Assembly: GCA_002269645.1 (NCBI GenBank)
Contig: NIVC01000414.1
Location: forward strand, 558,001 to 622,000
DNA from: Macrostomum lignano
Taxonomy: Eukaryota
Direction: 5' to 3'
Length of the DNA: 64,000 bases
Part shown: piece by piece, positions 15,152-27,100 of the stretch
How positions within the stretch are numbered: the stretch's first letter is position 1
Layout of the letters: every line of letters begins with the position of its first letter
Notes under the pieces: model-generated
Databases searched by the model: none
Told to the model about the DNA's origin: nothing
Seen by the model: the letters and a program-made list of their open reading frames with translations, nothing else
Program-made: the position numbers and the translations under genes

Positions 15152-18100
15152 ATGGCGGGCCGCAAGCCCACCAAGAATGAGATGACGGCCAACCTGCTGG
15201 GCGGCCTGGGCCTGAACTCTCAGCAGCAGATCGAAGAGGGCCTCTACGGCCGAGTTGAAGAGGACGCGGACCTTGAGGCCGAGCTGAACGACCTGCTCGG
15301 CGGTGGTAACAGCTCCACGCCGTCGCCAGAGAAGCGCCGAGCACCTGCTGCCGCCGCCGCCGCCGCGAAGGCCAAGACGCGGCCCCTGGCTGCCGCTGCC
15401 GATGACGATCTGCCGGACGATGATGACATCGACGTTGATGAGAATGATCCCGAACTGCTTAATGAGCTTCAGGTAGGGGTTGTGGAATAATTCGAGTGCG
15501 CGTTGGATTGAGTAGAGACAGATCACCACCCCTCAATTTCTCTCTGTCAACTACACAAGTACAAGTCGGCAGCCAATGCTGTGGCTCAATAATCATGTCT
15601 GCATACATTTTCAATAGAGCTTCGTCATCACACGAGTGGAACTCCTCCTTCGGAGGAGAAAGGGGATTAGGGGAAGAACTCCCATTACCGGAATTATATG
15701 CCCTGAAATCCATCAGCTGAAATTCCATGACTTAAATCCCATCTTCCAAATCGTCTCCAATTCCTATACAAAACGTTTTCAAATACCATATCTTAATTTC
15801 CCTGTTTGCTCCAGACCCAGCCTCCTGTCTGCTCTCTCCTCTTTGCTCTCTCATCTCTTGTCTCTCATCTCTCATCTCTCCTCTCTGCGCTCTCATCTTT
15901 ATCCTATTCTTTCTCCTCATTACTTTCTCCTCTCGTCTCTTTCCTCTCTTCTCTCTCCTCTCTCCTATTTCCTCTGTACTCTTTTATCCCTCCTCTCATC
16001 TCTCCTGTCTCCTCTCTGCTATCTCTCATCTCATTTCTCCTGCTCTCTCGTTTCTTCCCTCTACTCTCTATTCTCTCCTCTTCTCTTCTCTCTCCCTCTT
16101 CATTCCCACCTCACTCCCCTCTTCTCTCCCATCTGTCATCTCTAATCTCTTTACTCTCTTTTCTATCATCTCTCCTCTTTTCTGTTTTTACTTCTCTCTA
16201 CTCTCTTATCTAGCTAACTGAAGGTGCTCGACAATAAAACCAATTGAAATTTGTTACCCGCCTCCTCCATTACTGAAATTACTGAAATAATAACTTGAAT
16301 GGGCGTATGCAAACCCCCCCCCCAACTTTATCTCTGACCTATCACAAAAATGACTACAATCATTACAATCAAATTTTCTTCATGAAACTAAAATCCATCA
16401 AAAATCCTCTCAGTGAAACCGTAAAAATCATCGAGATCCTCTCCGTTAAACCGAACTCCATCAAATTTTCTTAATGAAACTGATTTTCATTAAAAATATC
16501 CTCCGTTAAACAACTATCTAATTATATCAATATCATTTCCGTCAATCAAGACTGTTAAATTGAAATCAATAAAAAGATGCATGCTTTCTACTTTTAAAGT
16601 AACGGTTATGATAGTCTGTGGGAAAAATCCATGGAGGAAAGAATAGAATGGAGTGCTAATCTGAGCCAGTTATTTTTTATCTCGTTCGATCTGAACTTTT
16701 AACATCCCTTTCCCCCCGTTCTTTCCTATTGGCTCGTGACTGCCATAGACAAAGTATTTTTCGTCTCGTTTTCGTTTTCGTTCCCCTCTGAAAGGTCTGT
16801 CCCAGCATAGTATGAGCTCGCATCAAAATATGCTTTCAGCCAATAGGAAGGAACGGGGGGAAAGGGATGTTAAAAGCGAAAATCGAGCGAGATAAAAATA
16901 ACTGGCTCAGATTAGCACTCCATTCTATTCTTTCCTCCATGGAAAAATCATGGTAGACAGACATCCACTGGAGAGGCAGAGGGGCCAAAGATGGTTATTG
17001 AGGGTCAAAAAAGTCTAGGAGTTCAATTGCACTCAATTTAAGAATTTGAAGTGAGCATGGCCACATTGGCTGCAAGTGGCGGCTGGCAGAGATGTCTATG
17101 GTAAAAAATGGGGTCTCGCTGTGGGCCGAAACCGTTTTAGCGTTCAGTTTGAGAACCATAGACTTTGCCTTTGTTCATGTTAGAGACCTTTCATCTTTGA
17201 TCGCTGTTCGATCCTTCCTGCGATCTGTCTGTCAGTTAAATTGTTATTTCAACTCAGCGCGATCTTAAATTGAACGCAAGTTTTCTGAACTTGAACGCAA
17301 AAAGCTATAGTAAGATAGAGAACTTGATAAATCAACAGAATCCGAAACAGATGTCAATCTTAAGGCGGCACTTTGTAATGCTTTAGGACACATCGAGACA
17401 TGTTGATACGCAGTAGGGCACATTCAGTCCTTGGACCCCCCCCCCCAGTCCTTGGACTACTTGGCCAATATAAACAAATTAACCAGAGTGACACAGCTTG
17501 TACTTCTGGGACACCCTTCGTATATTTCATGCCACAGGCCTACCTGGGCGGTAGTTCGCCATCACCCGGCCGCTCGCCTTCAAAGTCGCCCCAGCCACCG
17601 CCACCGCCGCGGCAGCCTTCGCCGCCGAAGCCGGACCTGTCCGCTCTGATTTCCGAACGCCTCGCCGGCTACCAGCGCCTGCTGGCCGCCACCGAAGACC
17701 CGTCGAAACGACGCCGGTTGGAGCGCAACGTGCAGACGTTGAACTCAGCCATGACTGATGCTCGCAGCGGTCGCCCTGTTGACGTGGACTCGCTGCCGCC
17801 CCAGCCTCCGAAGCCCCCGCAGCCGTCTCAGCCGCAGTCTCAGGCGGCCAAAGTGCAGCAGGCGGTGCTGGATTATGTCAACCCGGGCCCGGCGGCGCCG
17901 CCTGCCGCTTCAACTGGCGTGGGCGGCCCGAAGATGGTGGCCCTGCTTGAGCAGCGGTCTCGCGAGTACCGCGCGGCCGCCGCTGCCGCAAAATCCGCTG
18001 GCCAGACCGAGGAGGCGCTCGAGCTGCTCCGCGTGCACCGCCAGTTCGACGAGGCGGTCAAGGCCGTTCAAGGCGGCGAAACTGTCGATCCCGACGACGT

Positions 18101-21100
18101 GCCCGGACCTCCGCCGCCGCTGACACCGAAGCCACCGGCCCCTCAAGCAGCTCAGCCGCCTCAGCAGCAGCAACAGCAGCAACCGGCTGCTCAACCTGCG
18201 GCAGCGAAACCCAGCGCCTCTGGCGGAGGCCTCGCCGGGGAGCTGGCGGCCCGCCAGGCGGCCTACAAGCAGCTGCAGACGAAGGCGCAGGAGGCCGGCG
18301 ACTCCGGCAAGGCCCGGCGCATGGGCCGCATTCTGTCGCAGTACGCTGAGGCTGTCGCAGCCGTGCGAGCGGGCGGTCCGACTGCCGCAGGCTACGACTT
18401 CTCCTCTCTGCCGCCTCCGCCTGGCTTTGGCCCGCTGCCAGCCGCCGCTCCGGCTGCTGCCGCAAAATCTGCCGGATCGTCTGGAGCGTCTGCTGGCGCC
18501 GCTGCCGCCGCAGCAGCAACAGCCATGGGCGGCAAGGCGGGCGCCCAGCTGCGGGTGCTGATGCAGCGACAGCAGCAGTATAAACTGGCCGCTGTGCAGG
18601 TGAGAGCCTGGTCTACAGTATTGGTGTACTTTTATGTGCTCAGGCATGCTCAGGGCTAGTTATAGTTAGAGGCAGGGGGCTTGACGCACCCTGGCGCACT
18701 TTAAGTGGCGTTGCCTCACAACCGGCGAGAGGCATTGCTGCCCATTCTGGCCGACTCCCCTGAGCAGGCACACAAGCGCGCGGATGCGTACGCAGTCATA
18801 CGCACAGGCACACACTGTCACACAGGAGTGTACAGCGGCCCTAACTTTTCTTAATCGTTATAGACATGTAGACTTCACTGAGCCTTGGGGTTGGCCCTCA
18901 AGGACATCCATTTTCACGCGCAGAGCCAAGCCGAGATTCTAATTTAGCTTCATATTAATGTGACTGCACTTGGAATCGAGCCTGGGCCGTTGGCACATAC
19001 GCTTACAACAAGTCTCTATTCAGCCCTGCTTTCTTACAGCCTGTATGTAGAATCCACCTGGAATCTGTAGCGACTCTACAGCAAGTGAAACCCGTTGCGT
19101 ATTACTATCAGTAGCAAAATTGGTTTCAGGCTAAGCGAACTGGCGACATGGCCACCGCCAAGCGAATGCTGGGCTACGCCAGAGGCTGCGAACCGATGCT
19201 GCAGGCTGCTCAAGCTGGCCTGCCTGTTGACCTGGCTCAGCTGCCTCCTCTGCCTGGCGAATCTGCCGCACCGGCTGCCGCTGCCGCCGCCCCCGCCGCT
19301 GCGCCATCCGCTGCTGTCATCTGCGAAGTGTCCGAGCTGCCCAAGGAACTGCAGGGCAACGCTTTGAAAGATCCCGAGGCGGTGTACGACGCGCTGGAGA
19401 AGACACTCAAGGTATCGCGTCGCTTTTGTACTTGTTATGCAGGCCTGAAGCTTGCAACCTCTGCTTTGAAAAGACTCAATGCACCCTTGACCTTCTCTCC
19501 TTTGTCCTCTGGCATTTGATTCTGTTTTAGGCATCCACTTCCTGATTTATTATTCGCAAAAGTGATACTCCTATTTCTCTCTTTCTCTCACCCTCCCCTG
19601 TCCCCTCCCCTCTCGCCTTCTCCTCTCACCCTCCCCTGTCTCTTCCCCTCTCCTCTCACCCTCCCCTGTCCCCTCCCCTCTCCTCTCATCCTCCCCTCTC
19701 GCCTTCTCCTCTCCTCTCACCCTCCCCTGTCCACTCCCCTCTCCTCTCACCCTCCCCTGTCCACTCCCCTCTCCTCTCCATCCCCTGTCTCTTCCCCTCT
19801 CCTCTCACCCTCCCCTGTCCCCTCCCCTCTCCTCTCCATCCCCTGTCTCCTCCCCTCTCTTCTCACCCTCCCCTGTCTCTTCCCCTCTCCTCTCACCCTC
19901 CCCTGTCCCCTCCCCTCTCCTCTTCATCCCCTGTCTCCTCCCCTCTCCTCTCACCCTCCCCTGTCCCCTCCCCTCTCCTCTCCATCCCCTGTCTCCTCCC
20001 CTCTCTTCTCACCCTCCCTCTCACCTTCTCCTCTCACCCTCCCCTGTCTCTTCCCCTCTCCTCTCACCCTCCCCTGTCCCCTCCCCTCTCCTCTTCATCC
20101 CCTGTCTCCTCCCCTCTCCTCTCACCCTCCCCTGTCCCTCCCCTCTCCTCTAATCCTCTCCTCTCGCCCTCTCTTCTCTCACTCTCTCTCTCGTCTCCCC
20201 ATTAAAAGTATCGTCTTACCGCAACAAGAATCGCTAAAGAGCCATTTCTCAAGTAGAATAAATCGAGTTGTTATAAATGCGAAATGCGATTCTAATTCAA
20301 TAAAGTGACGTCTCAAATACCAATCAGATACGTCCTCAAAAGTCGTTATAGAAACGTCTCAGACAGAGTCTCAGACAAGAGTCTCAGACAATAAACAGTT
20401 TCTCAAATTGGCACCAAGTGTCGTTTAAATTAAGTCACTTCTTTCGTATTTTACCTGTGCTACCTGCAACGACTCTGAAGTGACTCTGGGACGCCCGCCC
20501 CCTCCCCCCGCAGGAGAAGCTGGCCCTGGCCGAGGAGAACGCCAGGCGCTTCAAATCCATGGGCCAAATCGCCACTGCTGACCGCTGGGCGAAGCTGGGC
20601 CGCAGCGCCACCGCAGATCTGGACTACCTGCTGGGCCAGCGCCGGCTGAAGCGGCCGCCGCCGAAGTTCAACTTCATCTGGCAGAGTGTCAGCGCAGTCA
20701 GGTGCAACCCGGATCTGGGGGAGAACACGCTTGAAGTAAAAGTGCTCAATGGCATCAGCCTGCCGCTGCCTGAAGGCTTTAAGGAGTCAGATCTGGAGAC
20801 TCAGGTAAGGTATTGCTCCTCAATGGCCATACCCTCCTCACCAACTCACCTGCAGGTTTGCCATCCCCATCTCACCTGCCGGTTTGCCATCCCCATCTCA
20901 CCTGCCGGTTTTCCATCCCCATCTCACCTGCTGGTTTTCCATCCCCATCTCACCTGCCGGTTTGCCATCCCCATCTCACCTGCTGGTTTGCCATCCCCAT
21001 CTCACCTGCTGGTTTGCCATCCCCATCTCACCTGCTGGTTTTCCATCCCCATCTCACCTGCCGGTTTGCCATCCCCATCTCACCTGCTGGTTTGCCATCC

Positions 21101-24100
21101 CCATCTCACCTGCTGGTTTTCCATCCCCATCTCACCTGTAGGTTTGCCATCCCCATCTCACCTGTAGGTTTGCCATCCCATCTCACCTGCTGGTTTGCCA
21201 TCCCCATCTCACCTGTAGGTTTGCCATCCCCATCTCACCTGCTGGTTTTCCATCCCCATCTCACCTGCCGGTTTGCCATCCCCATCTCACCTGTAGGTTT
21301 GCCATCCCATCTCACCTGCTGGTTTGCCATCCCCATCTCACCTGCTGGTTTGCCATCCCCATCTCACCTGCTGGTTTTCCATCCCCATCTCACCTGCTGG
21401 TTTGATATCCCCATCTCACCTGCTGGTTTGCCATCCCCATCTCACCTGCCGGTTTGCCATCCCCATCTCACCTGTAGGTTTGCCATCCCCATCCCACTTG
21501 CTTGTCCAAGATCCTGTGTAACCTGATCCCCTATTCAATGCAGATTCCACCAACCCCCGCAGGTGAAAATCGAGCTGCCAATCAGCACGGAGTCGCCGCT
21601 GACGCAGAGCACGGGCTGGGTGAAGGCCAGCGCCAATCCCAGCTACGATTTTGCCACCCGCTTCGAGGTGAACCGCAAAGCGCGTAGCACCGCCCGGGTG
21701 TTCAAAACTCGCGGATTGAAATTCGATGTCATGTACCGGCGCGGCTTTCTGAAGAAGGACGGCCTGCTGGGGTCGGCCACAATGAAGCTGGAGGACCTGG
21801 AGACCCAGTGCACCTTGCACCGGGGTATTGATCTCATGGATGGCAGAAAGGCGGTTGGCGGCCGGCTTGAGGTTCAGGTGCGACTGCGCGAGCCGCTGTC
21901 CGGAGCCCAGACTGACCAGGTGAGTCGTTTGCATGAGACATTGAAATAAATTTTACTTAATAGAGCTTTCACAAGATATATAGAGGCTTTGACAGAGTTG
22001 CTTATTGGAAGCTCGCAGCCTAGTGGTTAAAGCGTCGGACTTACGACTTGAAAGATCCGAGGTTCTATTCTCGATCCCACTGGAACAATTCGTGTCTTTG
22101 AGCAAGCAAAGACCACTTAAATCTCTGCATTGCTTCAGTTTACCCAGCAGTAAAATGGGTGGCAGCATTCGCTGGGGTAATTGGGGGTGTGTGGTGACCC
22201 CCCCCCCCCTCCAGTCCTTGGACTGAACAGCCGTACGCAGCCTTCAGATGCGCTAAGCTGTCGGTTGCACATCTGCTTTTAGGCCAGGTGTAATCAATTA
22301 TTGTATATTGTCAAATATTCAAACATTATATTTTCGAATTGAGCCTCGGAAAACCGGCAATTTAACACTTAGTGAGGGAACCAAGCCATTGCAGACTTGC
22401 TGCTTATTGTCTATGGCCCAAATGGAGGTCTGTGGAGCGGCCATAGAGTGGTCTAGCGCGACGCTCTGATGTGCCAGGAGCCCAGGCTCGATTCCGAATG
22501 CAGTCAAATTAATTTGGAGCAAAAATCGGAATCTCGGCTTGGCTCTGCTCGGGCAATTAACGCCCTTGATTACCAAGTTAGGGCCGCTGTGCACTCCTAT
22601 CTGAGTGTGTGCCTGTGCGTATGACTGCGCACTTATCCGCGCGTTTGTGTGCCTGCTCAGGGGAGTCGGCAGAATGAGCAGCAATGCCCCTCGTCGGTTG
22701 TGCGACAATTTCGCTTGAAGTGCGCCAAGGTGCACACAGCCCCCTTCCTTTAGTAAAAGCCACTGCTATGCTCACTGAATCCTTCGTATCCGTGTTTGTC
22801 TGATGAGACCTGCTATTTCCTATGGGTCGAAAGCTTGCGCAACCGTTGAAATGATTGATTTCGACCACAATTCCCCCTCTTTGGGCCAGGGACAATGAAC
22901 AGTCAGTCTCTTCAATAGCTTGATCCCACTAATGATTGAGCGTCTTGCTCCAGGCATTTTATTTAACGCACTCTTCTTCCGACAGAAAGAATGAGACAAG
23001 AAAAACACGAAAAAGTTATTTGTTGCTGTTGACAGTTGAAGTTCAAATTCTGGGAACTATTAGCTTTATTTTAAACTTTGCTTTTTTGAAAGGAATTATA
23101 ATAGAGACCTCAAAATTTAAAAAGAAAATAATTTTGAAAAATTAAAACTTTGCGGATTTAGCTCCTATTTTAAAAAATTGATAAAAAATATTTTCTGGGC
23201 AACTGTTGCATGTCTGTGTGAAGAACAATTTCTGTTTTATCGACCAGTTTGTTTTTGTCAAGTTCCTTGATAAACTCGCGACTTATTGAACGAAATCTCG
23301 AGCTGCTTGCTGCAGAGTCGCCGATTCGGGCACTCAGGCCAGCTGTAGCATGAGTCGAATGCTCTTCAGTGTAAACACACTGCCACCTGTGGCACCTGTC
23401 CAGTAAATATAGTTTAAATTATTATTCACTGGAGAGGCGTGATAAATTCCGTTCGGGTTGGACTTTGTGCAGCTTTTAAACCACCAACCGGAGTTGCCAC
23501 GCGCAGCAGAGCAGGAGCTACTGATTTGGTTATTGTCGCGGTCAATTGTGGAGAACTGCTTCCCTTTGTTATCCGCAAGCGAGTCGGTGGTCGTGTTGGA
23601 GCTGCCGCTCAGGTACAAAGTGTAGGTCATGGTATAGTTCGTGCTGGCATCGGCCACCGTGAAGCCGGAGTACTCGCAGACGTACAGCTCATCCGACCAG
23701 GTGACGGCCTCGACTCGCAGAAGCTTCGGCGAGCTTCCGGTCAGCTGGTGAATTTTTCTCAGACCTGAAAATGTATTTGATATGACACCTTAACTATGGC
23801 ATGTATTCCTTTCTGGTGACAATCCATTACTGCTCACCAATCCAGAAGTCGGTCTCATCTCCAAAGCCGTCCTCATACTCAGTCCATCCGCGACCGAAGC
23901 TGAGCAGTCCCTTCGATCGGTGTTGAATGATTTTGAATGTTCGGCCTTCGATTTGAACTGGGTCTTCTGAAAAATAATCGCAATCAATTCTCTGTTGTCA
24001 TTGAATTCTTTTCGAACTCATTCGTTAGTTGCCGACAGAGAATAGCTGTAATATATTGAGCAGTCTACATGTAACTGTGCTCAAAAATATAACTTTTGGT

Positions 24101-27100
24101 TGGTACACTCATTTTAAGTTGCTATTAAGTATTCTAAAATATCACAGTTGTGGCGGATAATGACATACACGTACTCTTAGTAAGGTGAACATTAATCAAC
24201 ATATGGTTGCTAAGTTTGTGCACAAATTAACAGCTACATGTATTTTCTGTTTGGAAAACGATTGGTCTCAAGTGATTTGGTTAAATAAGCAAAGTAAAGC
24301 GTAGCCAAACTTAACAGCCATCGCATTCAACTTCTTACGAGTGCTCGCAGCTTGCTTTCGGACAGCTACTCCGTCAGGAAAGTCGGCATTAGTTGTGTCC
24401 GCGAGGAGGCATTGTTGAGTCCCAGGCACAAAGGCGGCAGCTGAGCAGCCCTTCAGAAATTGCAGCTTGCATTTCAGCACGCACTCGGTCAGGCTGCCAC
24501 CAGACGCTACCGTCGTTTGAGTAGATGTTGTCTGGGTAGCCTCATCAGTGAAGAAAACTGCAGAGAAACAGTTTGCGCATCAACTTGACATGTACGAGTA
24601 TTGATCAAAGATATACGAGTTCTGAAAGAAGACAGTCTTATCTGTTAATGCAACGTACCAGTCTCGGCGCTGACAACAGTCAGCAGGCACAGGGAGAATC
24701 CAACAGCTAGTAGGAATCGAGACATGCTGTCGAATTCGCTTAGCACGAGCGGTTCAACTCCGTCCCTATTCTCACCATCGTAGGTTCTTTTTTATTTGCG
24801 TGACAAAAACTTTCCCATGGTTACTCGGGACTGCGGGGCGGGGCGCATGCGAGGCTGAGCGCGGGTTAGGCTTTGAGTGACGGTTAGTAAAAGACAATGC
24901 GCCAACCAGCTGCTCCCCTTCTTGACTTGTTTCTTGCCCTCACGGTTAACGCATCCCCATGGCTCTGCCTCTCCATCTGTTTTTTTCGCATTTCTCGAAG
25001 TCGTCAGTTCTGCATGACTGCCCTACTGGAGTGGATTTCATGAGAAAACTACAAGTGACAAGCGACAATTTGACAAGTGACAAGTGACGAGGGACAAATT
25101 GTAGCTTTTTCGGATTCATGAAGCTTTTAGGAAACGATTGACAATTTTCAAAAGTGCTCGCTCGAAACTCATGTCTATGGGCCGAAATGTGTAGATCTTA
25201 TCGCCCAGTCAAGGAATTCTAAATCTAGCAACTGGAATAAAAACTGAAATATCAGCTATACAAGATGAGGCCAAGATTAGAGATCGCAAGCGTGCGATGT
25301 AAACACAGAGTATTCAAAAAGAAGGATCGTATTTCAAAGTATACTTCCGAAACAATGACAAAAGCAGAGGAATGAAACGCGACATAAGAAGACGTTGAAA
25401 TTATATCAATTTCTAGATGTAACACAAGTAGGCACAGGAGTATGTCAAGCAAGCAAAGCAAGAATAGATGGCTTATAAACTGTATTGAGAAAATGCATCG
25501 AAGAGCAAACAAAAAGAAATAAAAACTGTAAGCACAATTCAGAAATGTCTGGCAAGCAGAGAAAGAATACAGCAATAAAGCTAAATGAATCTCACTTTTG
25601 CCAGGCCAGTTACGCCAGTCTGGCTATACGCAAAATTGTTAGTGGGCACCACGCATCAAAATCAATGCTTCCCACCTGTGAGTTTTTGCAGTTTCGTAAA
25701 CTTCCTCTTCAATGTTTTGTTTGTCTCAGCTTGATTAATCTGTTTTGTTAGCATCTTGGACATGCAATTGAAAAAACCTGTTGATTATCTCGCGGACCAT
25801 GGCCAGATCAGGGCCAGCGGTGCAGTGTGTCCTACCAAATAGAAAGTCACCATGATCTGTCAGCACGAGGTCCATCACGAGATAAAATGTCTCCCTTTGA
25901 TTCAGTGGTGTGATTGGAAAGTTTGCCAAATTTCGCGCCGACTGAAAGTTTTCGCGCCATGCCAATAATATTCTACTGACAGCCAAATAAGTCAATTGAT
26001 GACACTTGTTAAGATGCATAATTTTGCTTTATACTTGTGATTTGTCCAATCCAGATAACAAACAAGCCAGACAACAAACAAACCAGACAACACAGACAAA
26101 AGAAAGATTGCCGCAGAAAGAAAAGTAAGCATTGTGCTGAATATGCATGTTGGCGAATTCACAATTACAAGACACTGTATATGCAAAAAAAATAAATCAG
26201 TTAAAATAGTTTGTTGTATGACGTGAACTTCACAGTCACACATGACGTGCAATTTCCAATTTGCAACAGTTGTCATTAGCAGCATGCGTCTGGCTACCAA
26301 TTAGCATGTCTCTCAAGTCCCAGCCGTGTCCCGCCTGAACTTCTTGTTGGCGATGTCTGCAGACAGACGACTGCTCGTGCTGGTGATTGACGACGTTGAC
26401 AGCAGCTCAGCAGCCTTGCGCTTCAAGACGAGCTCAGCTAGCTTCTCTGCCTCCTTCTGCTTCTTCTTCTGCACATTCTGCTGCTGACGCCTCAGTTCTT
26501 CAATCTCGGCGTCCTTGCTCTTGGTGGCCGCCGTCAACTCGTGAAGCAGCTTATGGGAGTCTTCCTTCTCCTTTTGCTTCCGCTGGATGTCCAGCTCGAC
26601 CTGCTCCAGCGACTTGTCCAGGTGCGTGTACACTTTTTGCTGGCTTTCTTCTCAGCCTGCAGCTCCGTCACGACACTGGCTTCCAGTTGCTGTGTTCGTT
26701 CCCGCTCGGCAGCAATCTTCTCGTCTTGCAGGCGCTGACGATAAGCAGCACAAGCACTGGCACACATGTTCTACAGCTGTGGAACAATCGGAATAGTTGC
26801 TGCAGACCACTGCTTCACCTGCAGGCAGGAGTGGGCTACTAGAATCGCCTTCACTGTTTGTGGTGCAAGACTGCAGCGCTTCTTCGTGACAGCATCACTT
26901 AGACTGCTGAACACGCGTTCCACATCTGCGTTGCCATGAGGCAGAACAAGCAACGCTTGGACCAGACGCAATAGGAGAGGACGACTTCTGTCCGTGTCAG
27001 CGGCAATGTAACTCCAGAAGTCTGTCACAGTCATGTCCATGGCTGTGCCTGTGCCTGGTGTCTCCTTCAGGTGAAGTTGGTGAAGGCGCGCCTCAGTCTC

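Noticed and set aside
22011-22085. Possible tRNA genes at SINE heads
   Set aside because: They have A/B-box-like motifs but no complete cloverleaf, and are fused to a repeated SINE core.
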